Origin: Balanoglossus misakiensis
Lineage: Eukaryota > Animalia > Hemichordata
Direction of reading: 5' to 3'
Length of the DNA stretch: 64,000 nt
Assembly (NCBI GenBank): GCA_040954595.2
Contig: CM082589.2
Span: 310,001-374,000 of the forward strand
Position numbers and translations under genes: made by a program. Below are positions 13,094 to 26,100 of the stretch, in pieces. The notes beneath the pieces are model-generated. The model had not been told where the DNA came from and made no database searches. It worked only from the letters and a program-made list of their open reading frames with translations. Positions within the stretch are counted from its first letter, which is position 1. Each line of letters starts with the position of its first letter.

Positions 13094-14715
13094 GTAAGTA
13101 AGCCGTCTGCCGTCCTGTTTTGTTGCTTCTTGTGGTTGTTCCTTGTATATATTCAATGAATTTGTTTCATTTTCTTTATAGACATGAATATATTGATTGA
13201 ACACGTTTGTAACGTAACATTTCTTTCGTTTTGATTTGTGGTGTCAAAGCTGACGCTGTCGACCGACCCCCGTCATCATCAACATTTTGTGGAGTGACTG
13301 TAAGGCTGTATACTATGTAAAATTCAGTGAAAACTGCGATACACATAGAATTTCGTTTAATATCTAGGTTAAAACCACTGAGGTCATTTCTGTGCGTATA
13401 GCTGAAACAAAACATCCATGCCAAGTACTAAGTAGGTTACGCAACGAGCGTCAACCTACCATTGTTTATACTTTTGAAATTGCCGCGTGCGCTGCGCTGT
13501 CGTTTCACAGGCCTCCCTCAAGCTCACAACTCGAACTACTCAAAAAACACGATGATAACGTCCACAAATTTTATTGAATATTACCACGATAACTCAAAGT
13601 CACAATAAGTGCCAGGTATATATCAGTCAATCATGTAAAAGTTTTAGAAATCGACACGTTAAAGAAGAAAGGTCTGTCAAAATAGTGAATATGTCATTGA
13701 GGGCGCATTAAAAATAAACTTCAACGGAGGCCGTCTGAGGGCGTCTCCAGTTATTATTAAAGGGACAAAATGTTAATCGCTTTCTGTGTTATCAAGAATA
13801 CATGAAATACTCTCATAAAGTCTCTCATTGTACGAAATAATGTCGATTCATAACTTCAAAAGTGTCAAAAATAGACCCCCTTTTCTGTGTCATAATTTAG
13901 TGCAGATTTTCCAAGACTAACAATTAACATGATATTTATAACTTATTCATGACACGTTAAATAAAATTGTATCTTCTTGTAACTGTGTGAGTTTCCCTGT
14001 CTTGGCTTGACAAAGTAAATAGTTAATTTTAGGATATAGGATCGTCTGTGGTTTTGAAGTTGAACATGAAAAGATAGTCATTGTTTATGATGCTTACAAA
14101 GTTTGATTAAATGTCTGATTTTAATGGAAAACTTAAGATCCATCATCACCATCATCCACCTAAGTACCTTTGAAGGATTTTATCTTTTTTCAAATCAACA
14201 TCTTTCCTCTGTGACCTTGAAGAGTCACTCTAGAGGCACATTTCATATTGTGTACATGTTGATAATGATTTATCAAATAATTACACCCTTGCTTGTTCGT
14301 ATGTATATGAACTGGACTTTATCATAATGCATGTGATAGTACTCCCTAGATTTTGTCACCTATAAATAATCCTTAGAGGATTTTATGGCAAATATTTCAT
14401 TGCAAGACAGGAAATTGATAGTAAAAGGGAAATTTGTGGTAATATTTCATGCAAATGGATGATGTGAATAGCAAAAATGCATCACTGACACCCCATTAAA
14501 CTCATACTGATGAGAATACATCCAGGAAAAGAGATTTATAGTCACCTGGATGTTTGCCTTTTTACCATTATCAGAAGACTAAGTCACTGGTCATATCCGA
14601 TGGATAAGATGAAATGAAAAAAGGACATATGGGATTTACACAGTAATAAAGATGTGATTAGGACTTAATGCATCAATGATTTTCACACCAATTCCTGGTT
14701 TATATTCTGTTTTAG

Positions 14716-14844
14716 TAGAAGATGTGGCATTGATGGATTTGAAGATGATGTCATTATTTCGTCTGCTCTATCCTTGGTGAACTTTAGTGGCTGATCCTGT
14801 CCTGGAGCGGAGACGATCTTTGGATCGGGAAAGTGAACAAAATG
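14716..14844 (+). other. Putative GRIN1 5' UTR exon
   Basis: Acceptor ttctgttttag (tandem TAGTAG) and consensus donor ATG|GTAAGT. Confidence 0.5.
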
Positions 14845-16199
14845 GTAAGTATTCAAGATATCTTTTATTTTTCACAAAAATATAGTCTTTTTCCTTTTAA
14901 TGACAACTTAGCTCATTACTGCATTCATGAAGGCTGCAAATGCATTGAAGCATTAATAACAAGTCAATCTGAGCAAATCCCATAGAGATGGCCACTCTGA
15001 GCTCACAGGAATTTGGAAGGATTTAATAATTTCACACTGATGTGATAAACAACTTTTGAATTCTGCTAATTCTGAGAATTTGTCCCGAAATTCTTTATTT
15101 TTCTAAATTAAATAAGAGTGTGTGAAACCACAGCGATAAAAAACATTTCTGTTGAACAAAGTAATGATTTCGTGCTCAGTACCATGCTTTGCAAAGAGCG
15201 CCCCCTACAGTCCATAATAGTTTCATCCACATCAGATTTCCCCAAATATACACATATACAATGCTATGACAATACAATTAAAGCAATTGTACTTTCTGTT
15301 CAGTTTTGTCAAAGAGGGTGCCTCACCTCACCTGATTCTTGAATCGTTAGTGTTCATCTTGCACTGCAAGAATCCAGGTTGTACTGTCAAATTAAAATTC
15401 TTATTCTGTCTCTAGATATTCATGATAACTCTGGTCATAGCTGCCAAAGCTTCCCTAATTTATGAATGTTAGAAATTACATGTATGATGTACGTTCATTA
15501 TAATAAAATGTCACGTAGTGACAGTTTTGTACTGAAAACAGATGTGATTTTGATGATTAATTATGAAACAAAATGTAAATCTTGACACTATATCTGGAAA
15601 GTACGTTTTATTTATTGATGTTTTGAAACCTGAGTTGTAGCTGGAAATCCCGCTGCATGTATCAGATAGTGACATAAATAGATTGCATTGTGTGCAGCTT
15701 TAAAAAATTGTTGTGATGGCAGAAAAAATGTGGATTCTTTTTGAAAATTTGACTGCAATTAAAATAATATAAATTCAACGTTAAATTCTGCCGAGTCATA
15801 ATAGAATTATAAAATTGGACTTGAACCCAAACCTGTGACACCAAATCACCTAGCAGTGGGCAGTCAACGCTTAAAATGACCAAGTCATTTCGCCATGTCT
15901 AAAATGAAACGGTTTAGTGCCCAGTATCATATTGCAATTCTGAGTATCAAATATTGTCCTCTAGTTACAAATTTAAATTAATGAAAACGAGAGGAATATA
16001 AAATTCTGACATTGAATTATTAATATGGTGTGTTTTATAATACATGAACAATGACTTCAAGTTATTACACCTGAAATATTTAAAGACCAGGTTTTCTTGA
16101 ATACAAAACTACTATATTTATGTCCTTATGTTGATAAATCATTAAATTTTACCTTTTCTGAGAAAAGTTTCTCATGTGGTTTTATGTTTTTTTTTTCAG

Positions 16200-16262
16200 T
16201 GATTTATCGTCAAGCAAAAACTGTTCATTATATGGGGAAAACTAGCCTCCTACAGTGAAATG
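16200..16262 (+). other. Putative GRIN1 5' UTR exon
   Basis: Strong acceptor (T-run-cag at 16199) and donor ATG|GTTTGT. The next acceptor is gttttgttgcag at 16402. Confidence 0.35.
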
Positions 16263-16771
16263 GTTTGTTCCAATTACACTTTTTTACTTGCCCTCTTTTC
16301 AGTGATGGGATTTCTCTCTCTCTCCTGCGGCAGAATGGTTGATCCTAAATTGCCAGCAATCAAACAGTACAATTTTAATGACAATGTTGTGTTTTGTTGC
16401 AGAGATGAGAAATGATTGGCGACATGGGATGAGTACTGGCATCTTCCCGTATCATCATCTGAAGAGAAAGTCTGATAGATCAAAAAGAGAGCAGTGCCAA
16501 CTGGGTGCTTGCGATCATCCTGTATTAGCGTGTCAAGGCTTTTACTGCAATGCTAAGCCCAACACCTGGATTTGTTTAGTGTTTCTGTTCCGAGCAGCAC
16601 ATGTGTGGCAGTGTCCCTGCTGGGGAAACATCACTTATAGGTTACTCTCAATGAAGAGCAGATCAGTGTGACGTAGGACTACCAGCTTTACTCTAACATC
16701 AGGTTTGTGTTGTGTCATTTATCAGTCTACCAGCAAGTATAGAGTATTCATTTTGTGCGAGTATAATCACC

Positions 16772-17182
16772 ATGGCAAGAAGTTTGATCAATTGCTTCTG
16801 TGTGATAACCTGTATTCTTCTGGCATCTAACTCTCAAGTGGGCTTTGTGACGGCCACGGTTCGCAATGTCAATATTGGATTTCTCTTGAGTACTGAACAT
16901 CATCGTGAGTATGTCAAAGAAGTCATACGCAACTTGAACGAAAATAGCCAACTGTTACCATCCAATACTAAACTGAATGCCACGTTTGAAGTCATGAGTT
17001 GGAACCCGATTGAAAGTGCATTAAGCGTGTGTAAAACTTTAGTACCAACGCAGGTCTACGCCGTGATTGTCAGCCACCCAGCTAACTCATCTACATCACC
17101 TGCCTCTATTTCCTACACGTGTGGATTTTATCGAATTCCCGTCATCGGTATTAGTACAAGGGAGTATGTCTTTTCAGAAAAG
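16772..17182 (+). CDS. GRIN1: GluN1 coding exon 1 (signal peptide and ATD start)
   Basis: accATGG Kozak; [18 protein letters not shown]...[25 protein letters not shown]|gtcagt. Confidence 0.95.
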
Positions 17183-20100
17183 GTCAGTATTTGAACCCAT
17201 CATCACAGTTTTATTGCTATTTAAATGTTAACTTTTGCCCCCACCTCACAGTAGCAACATTACTACTACATGTCTTGCACACTGATTCACGCAGCGTATA
17301 TCAATGTCATATCCTATTGAGTCATGTCTTGTTTCAGCTCTAATCAACCAAAGTCCATAACTTTTTCCTGTTTTGTTATATTTTTTTAACGTACTTATTG
17401 TCGACTCCGTAATTTAAACACGAAATTTAGATAAACTTCATAGAAGCGCAACAGCGATAAGCGTTATCCATGTTCATGCAGGGTGGATGAAGAGTCATAT
17501 ATCATGCTGAGCAGAAATGGCAAAGTGATTTTTTAAAGAAAGTTTGATTCTTTCATGTTCATTTACAGTGTGTGCCAAGCAACTTGAACACGTTTATCTC
17601 GGGGTATATTTCTCCTTGCAGTGTCTGTCGTCTCTTTCTGTGGTAAATTGAACTAATCTGCCATCACTTTTGGCCTTCAGTGATATGGTCATGCGGGGTA
17701 AAAGGCAGAACGAATGCATATAATATTGTGTGCTGGCGTCAGATGCTTGGGATGACTTGAATAGTCAAGTCAGCATGCTGTAATCTTTTTCAAAATGGCA
17801 CGCAGTGGGTGTCAGTGTGTGCTAACAAGTCCTACTGATATCTACAGCGTTTATCCCAGTTTTATTTCTATTAATGCCTGAATTCAGTGGTTGACATAGT
17901 TCACCATTTGTAGTGAAGATCTTGATAATTTTGAAATATTTATTTCTCATAATCAGAAAATGTTCTTGCCACACAAATGTGTTATTACTGTTAGTGATGG
18001 CACTCGCCACAATCAGCGAAATCCTGTTTTCTTTTGTTCATTGGTGCCAATTGGTGCCATTTTGATTTTTAGTTTCATGTTCCATTAATCATAACTGTAC
18101 TCAGCTGTACTTTAACTACCAATACATTTTTAAACTAGTCAAAAAATAGCTAAAATAAAAACACAGTAAATAGTCACTTCAAACATTATTAAAGCACATT
18201 GTGTGATTTTTGCTTGTAGATATCTAACAGTAGAGGAATTAAATCGAAAATTAGTCCACAACAACAAAAAATTCCAAAGGTTTTATCTAGCCGAGCTTCG
18301 TACATCAATCAACTAGTTTGTTGATAGTCAGTCCAAACCTGTCATTGAAAACAGATTTTATCCAAAAGGCAATGAAAGCAGGAAAAGTTAAAATCTCTTT
18401 GAGAAATAACTGCTGTGCACAAGATGGCACAGCAAAGAACAATGAGTTTTGTCACTGGGTGATAATTTTGTATCGTCACTATATAGGTGGTTGAGTGAAA
18501 TCAAAATTATCTCACAACAGCTGTGCTATTTTAACACAAAACACAAACTTTATAGAATTACAATAATGTCATTTCTTTTCTATGTGTATTCATTTTTAAT
18601 ATTTGACATCAAAATGGGTTCACAACAGCTGCTGAGTTTCATCACAAAAAAACACACAAAACAAACCTTTATGAAAATTGCTTGGGCTATGGTTTGCAGT
18701 GCAAAAGGCATGTGTACCAGAAACTCATTACTCTGAAAAATTGCGTTTGATATTCTTAGAAATATGTGGAAATATTATAAAAATAATGCGCTGTCTATTA
18801 TTGTACAGTGAAACTGAATGGTACGTAGTCTGGTTCTAATTGTATAAAGATTTCAAGAAGGACTCTGTTCAGAGTATAAGTATCATTTAGTGTGTGACGA
18901 TTTAATAGTAAAGTGACCTTATATCTTTTCCTGAAATTCTGAATAACACAGCATGGTCAATTTGGCTAATTTGGATCCAAGAAAATCACATTATTGTTAA
19001 GAAGTGGATATGCTAAAGATGAGAAATGTTGAATTGACCAAACTTGATTTTAACTGTTGTAGGTTTCAGTATCAACCCTTCAAGGGGTTGAATGGGGAGT
19101 TAACGAACTGAAACACTCTCGAGAGTGATATGTGTCTAATCGCCCATCCATAGTCTACTTGCATCAAGTTCAAACTGATGAGTTTAAACCTGTAGCAAAG
19201 GTTTCAGAATGCCCTGAGGTGTCTGTTCAGGTTCAACACGAACTGCTTTAGTATTTATACTCACAACGGAAGCAGCTTAACAGTTCCATAGGACAGAACC
19301 AGTCGATTGCTACACATGAGAAGGACTCAAACCTGGTCATAAAGTGTGATTTATGACAGTGATCTCAAAATGTGAATATGATTTAATATAAAAAATGTGT
19401 AAAAAGTGATTATTTTTGTTCAGGAATAATTGAAAGGAGGTTTAGAGATAATGTGTGCAATAGCAGTTTTGAAAACATGAAACTAACTGACAAAATGCAA
19501 ATGTTGTTGATGAATTGAAAAGTTCGATCTGTCAGAGGGTCTTCAATAGATGCCATGGAGTTATTGCAATAAAATTGTACCGGCACAGAACATATGTCTT
19601 TCCACATTTTAACTCTTTGTATTGCCACTAACAGTGTCACCTTATCGAAGAGAATTACCATAACAGATGTTTTTGGATGGCTACTTTTGATGTTAATGAG
19701 GAGAGGTTTCACTCGTCACTATCACCAGTACATGCATAAAATAGTTTCATAATTTTTCCCGCAGTCTAGGTAACATGTTGGCTAAAGACACAATTTACAG
19801 GTCAAAGGTCATAATTATTGATGAAACATTCTACTGAACAAATGAACCAATAGGTACATACAAGCCTTCACTGATTACTGTCAGTGTCTCTGCCGTTCTG
19901 TAATTGTAGGAGTAATTCTAACATGACCTTTCTGAGTTAATTAGCAACAGTGCAATTAAATTTGTTGTTGTGTACACTGCCTATTAGCAATGATGCATAC
20001 TGACTATTAAAGTTTTAATTGCCTTAATTAAATGTGCTGTTAAGTTTACAGTATTCCCGGTGAGTAATGATGACATCTTGTCCATGTTTGGGTTAATTGC

Positions 20101-23100
20101 TGTAATTAATGGATGCCTGGCTGCTAATGAGGTCACAATCTGATAAGCAGTGTGCATGACATCAGAAGCACCTTTCCCTTTTACTGCAGCAGTATATGCA
20201 GAATCTCTCAGTATCATCATAGGGACAAAAGCGTATAGGTCTCAATGCTTGACATGTGAATAAAAATTGGCCCTCATCAGTGTAAAACAGATTAATTATT
20301 TCTCAAGAAGTCTAATGTTTGAATTGTCATTTCCTTTTTAACCAGCAGTTTCAAATGTTTCAATTCAATTTTAGTTACTCCAAAGTGCAACTGAGGTACA
20401 TGTACACGCAGCGCTCAGTAGATATTCAGTGTTTTGTTAATGCAGAGTTTATTGTGTATGCAAGCTTGTGTTCCTACAATGAATTCTACCTATCTTTCTT
20501 CCAAGACTTTCTTGCTACATGTACATGATGTAGATTTGAAATCCTGATAAAAGCAGGAACATCGAAAATCAATCAAAATGTCAAATATTAGCTTGACATT
20601 CTTATTCAGGGACATTAATTCTTCTTCAAGTTTGTGACCAACATCGACCCTGATTAAAGAGAAGGTCAAAAATTCACAGCCCTGAGTTGTTTTGCCGGTA
20701 AACTGATAAAAATTGCTGGTATTCTTTAATACAAGAAGTGTAAACTATAGTTCTATAAGAAGGAACCCAGGTGTTGTGTGGAATCTTTAATTGTCTTATA
20801 ATGCAGATTGGTGAATTATATACTTACACAGCTTGTAGTCTTGCATTTGAAATGAAGCATTTTCTGAGTGAAATTGGTTCCAGGTACACTATACGCCTGT
20901 AAATATTCATGATCTAATCAATAAGTGTATAGATACTGAAAAAATCCTATAACCAGCATGTTTGTATTTCTTAAAGCCTGAATAACTGCCATTTTTGTTT
21001 TACAATAGACACTGATGAAGTGAATAATCAAATCCAAGCTGTAAGTTTGTTCATGTTCAGCAACTCTATCTTGCTGTTCACTGCTTTTCAATGAAGCCAC
21101 AACTCTCAACAGCTGGTAGCCATATTGCAATTATCCCCAGTGTTAGTTTGCCAACAAGCATACAATGAATTACTTTTTGGAGAGGCCCGACATGTTTACT
21201 GACCAAACATTACATTGAGGAATCATGATTTCATGATAATTGATATACCATTTTCTATGTGTGTCTAACTAAAAATACTTTTTCATGTGTTTTCATAGTT
21301 GTAAAAGCAAAACCTGATCAGTTTTTATTTGGTGGTGTGGATGTGGACTGTATTAAGGTCATTGTGTGGTCATTTTTGCTCTCAACAAATGTATCATCAG
21401 TTAAAAGTTTTCAAACTGTTACCCAGGTAACAGTTCCAACGTCTGTTGCCTCATCCTCGGCAAATTATTACCACAAAATTATCTGTGCTCACAGGAAAAA
21501 ATATATATGACATGATGATGTCCATTTCTGTTGCAGCCAAAGTCATGCATACATGTATATGATTAATTCTAAGATTTACATTAAAACACAGATGGTCTGT
21601 GTCCCGTAGGACCAGGAAACGACCTCAACAAGGTCTGAGAGCAGATTGATTCAGGAAACTGACCTTTTGGGATGACTCGCAATCCCTTGGGGAAATAGTC
21701 GTATGCTGTTACCCTCATGACTATAGTTCATTTGTATTGGTGATATGTGTTGGTTCCTGTTCAGTGTCAAGCAAAAGAGGCTTGCATGGATCACCATCTT
21801 TGCTCCTTGCCTCACCATGAAGCCCCATGTCAGTTAGATTTGTTGTCCTTACATGTTTCATATTCTGTGTACTAGCTGCTCTTATTAGTAAATATTTATC
21901 AAAAATCTGCAACTGAGCTGAATGTTTTATTTTTTTAGAATTTATATTTTTTGTTTATTTTTAGTCAAACCTTTATTTTATCTCATGATTTAGTATCCCA
22001 TGGGAGATGTGATCTCCATAAAAGCTGATGATAACATCTAAACAAGAATTTTGATTGAAGATTCAGTTGCCAAAATATGAAAAGAAGATGTGTTATGTTT
22101 TTAGAACAGGTTCACAGGAATGAGAAGCTAACCTTGAAAGACATTTTTGGGGGCCAAATTCGCATATAACAATTGACCCAGTGCAAGCTAGGTCTTCTGG
22201 TGGAACAATGCATAAACATGTATTCAGTCTATTTTTATTTTAAAAATTCTGGTATAAACCGAGAGTTGACATGTTATTTATTTTTAGACTGTAATGAAGA
22301 GTACATATTTATCTAGTTTATGGACAAGCCATATATGGCAATGACCCAGCATTGGTGAAATGACCTTTACATACCTTTCATTATGCATACGTAAAATAAA
22401 ACGAGATTAGTGGACATGACTATCACCAAATTATGGTGTCTCGTTGGTGTCACCAAGCTTATTGGAAATTGACTATCAACTTAAATGCTGAAACATTTTT
22501 CTTTTTGCTCTCTTCGGCTAATCATATTTAAAATTCAAGGTAAAAAGAATTTCAGTGCTAAAGATATAATTGATACAAGCAAAACTGTTTAATTAGAAAC
22601 AGATAACTGGAATCAATGATTCAAAGTCATGATGAAGCAAAAAGCAGCTAATTATAGTGACCTGATTATCAAATGTGCAGGTATTAGAACAGAGTTGTAT
22701 AAACCTCTAGCTGTGATGGTATTTTAATCTCAGGCGCACTGTTGTGTTAGCCAAGAGGGCTCAGTACCAACATGTGCCAATCAATCCAGTAACTTACACT
22801 GTATTTGATACTTTTGTGTATATTTTATTACATATTTGTTACACTATTGCAAACTGATGTAGTGCTGACTTCTGTTTCGTGTCGCTTGGAAAGAAACTGT
22901 GAAAGTTAAGACTGTAATTAGTTTTGTACATGTCACCCGAATCTTTCTTAGATATGAACCTAGAAATATTTTAAAACATCCTTTTGGGTGCATTTTTATG
23001 TGTGCTATGGCCACATGATTTCAAAGGTGCAAATCCAAAATAAATTTCCCACTGCGTTGGCTCTGGACCAGACCAAATGCATCAGGCTATAGTAACAAAT

Positions 23101-26100
23101 GTATATGAACAAATTGGCACAAGGTATCGAACAATAGGACAATTAGCTAACACTGCCAACCCATTAGTAAATTGGAAGAAATGTCACCAGATAAGTATTG
23201 TACACTCCACTGAACATTGCAAGAGTCATCATGGATCATTTAATGCCTTAGTAGGCCAATATTGTGGGACCTTTGAACTTGAAGTCTATTGACAAGTGAA
23301 AGCTCTTAGGATTGGGAAACACCAGCTGGCATTCATTCTAATTTTCACCTTCAACTTGCATTATAAATCCCATTCATTTAATGGTCAGATAAAAACAGCA
23401 CATATATGGATGTCAAGAGTGCATTGCTAATGTGCATCTGTGGTAGCTGATTTTTATGTGTAGGCACGTTGCGGTATAAACTCAGTCTTTACTACCGGAA
23501 AGGGGAGTTATAGAGATCCCAGAATGCATTGCTTGATTGATTGATGGGCTGGCTTAATAGAACCATATTTTTGTGACCATACTTTAATCTACCTTTAGTT
23601 TAACAGTACCATAGAATAATATAGTATTTATGATGAATAATAGAATGGACAGACTTTTTATCAGTTGCATACCAGTATTTACAGTTTGCATGCAATTCCT
23701 TGTAGAGTGTCCTTGAAATGTATGAAAAAATATAAGTATGAAATTGTTTGCAGTTACCCTAGATATAGTAGTTGAGCAATATTTACCGTGTCATTACAAC
23801 CGTCAAAATTTTAATGAACTTGGTTAAGGGTTTATGCTGTTTACTCATTTCTAAACAAAAGACTCCTGTCTGATCAGCTGCCACAGCTGTTCAAAATCAT
23901 GTGACTGATACAACTTGTCAAGTGACAAAAATAAAACTTGAGTTTGTCATGTATTATTTCCCATACAATGGATGATGTCGACAGCATTAACATGAAATGG
24001 TGACAGATTTGTGAAAACTTAGCACAGCTGTTCTCAAACTGGTCACAACTGTTTGTATTTTGATGAGATTAAATCAGTTACACCTATTCACAGATTTGCA
24101 GCTATCTGTACATTCTACAGAATTGTTTTATTTTGTTCCTTTGGTATTTTATAATTTAGAGTCTGTCCTTTATTTTGAAAACATAGCCCAAAGATCCAAT
24201 TTAGTTTAACAATTTTGTTTTGTATGATAGTACCACATGTCTTTTGGTATGTGTTTCATTTGCAGAGAAGATTTTTTATTTTCTCTGAAAGTTTTGATTG
24301 AAATACATTTATCAGAATTCATCAATGGTGGTCTTGTACCATGTGGTCTCATACAAATCACAATTTGTAAAGGTATTTTTTGAACCTATGTTTGGAAACA
24401 AAACTGTTGGTGCTAATAAAGCACTTCTCTGTAAAGTGTAATGGTATGTGTAATTGGACTTTGCCTGCTGCATATCTGAAGCATGAAAAGCTCATTTCTA
24501 TTCTTCCAACTGTGATATTGAATATAGAAAGATCATCACACATTTGATGTAGTCCACTTTACTGTTCATGAATGTTTGTTGCCCAAAATGTCTCACAAAA
24601 TATGTTTTGCAGGATAATATTACCTCCACTATAATATTGATAGCAATGTGGTGTGATGCAAAGATTCAAAAAGACATTGTGGTCCATTGGTGAGGGTATA
24701 TATGAGCTTACTATCTGAAGATAGTTAACCAGGAAATGTCATGATGTTGTGCCCTTGAGCAAGGCACTTTACTTCTCATTGCTTCTCTTTTACCCAGGAG
24801 TGGTGGGTACCTCATTCTGTAGATGTGCTATATTCACCTGTTTGATGATGGAAAAAAAAGCAAAAACTATAGTTGTAAAGTATAAAGGGCCGTTTAGAAT
24901 AGGATTTGATGCATTTCTGTGACAGCAAAAAGAAACAGGTTTGTTCTTCTGAAGAATAAGCTGTGTGTAAAATAATACATGTATAGGCTCTACAGCAAGA
25001 ATATGGTTATATGAGAACACACAGATGAATGAGGATGATGATTCAAAAACGTGGTCTCCTGCTTCAAGGTCCATCCATAATTGGACTGTAATATTACATG
25101 CCACTTTCAAGAAATTCATTGTGAATCAATGAAGTGTAACATTTTGTAATTTTCTACACTTCTCATCTCAAAGTCTCTGAAATCTTGACATGACTGTGTT
25201 AACACCACATTGTGCAGAAATTTGCATATAGCGTGAAACAGCTAAGTTCAATTGGGCAATGTGGGGGAAAGTGTTACAGTTCATTGAAGTTTCAGTGGAC
25301 TGTCGTCTAGGAAACCATTCTGCACAATTTGATTGCAAAATTTCCTGTATGTTTCTTATCCAGTTCAAAGAAGTGATGAATTCATAGACATGAAGGCATG
25401 TAATGAATGGCAGTGAGAATTTTCATTCCTAATTTTGCACATTCAACTGGTCTCTGTACAAATTGCATTTTATAATTCTAGTCTTCCACTTGCTACAATT
25501 CAAAAACAATATGCATTTCAGGATATTCTTATAAAATGACTGTCTACTACTACTAGTTGAAGATGTCATCCTGTTTGTGAGTGGACCATATAAGGTACAA
25601 AGTAACAACTTTTATGACTGAACTGTATTCCAGTAATCCATGATGATGTAGTGTTTTACTATGTAATATTTTTGAATTCATGCTGTTTGCTTTATAATAA
25701 TGCGTACATGGTCTCTCCAGTATATCACCTCGTTTGAACTTTACTTGTAAAGTGTAATCCATCCTTGGACTGAAGCAAGGCTATAACTTCCCTTATATCT
25801 GACCTGGATGCCCAATTTCCTTTCATACTTATAGTGTTTACGAGCTTGTAAGTTTTCTCCATGGCTGTATAAAACTAGGTCTTATAAACAAGATTGCACC
25901 CCATTAAACAGATGTAATATAAGCCACACTTTAATTGTTACATCTTTAACCAGTCTTCTTATTTGTGATACGCAAAGCTCTGGCCAAGGAGACTATACAA
26001 CTAACCCTCTATACTCTTGGGACTACTTCACAAGTTATCACATGACAGGTGTCCATGGAGATAAAAATGGATATTAAGTTCCTCGTTGGCATTTGACAGG

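Noticed and set aside
12760-13100. REST/NRSE element as in the vertebrate GRIN1 leader
   Set aside because: No convincing TTCAGCACC-NN-GGACAG match was found on either strand.
25478-25488. 11-nt complement of the miR-7 5' end (ctagtcttcca)
   Set aside because: The match stops at 11 nt, there is no precursor hairpin, and the site is intronic; consistent with chance.
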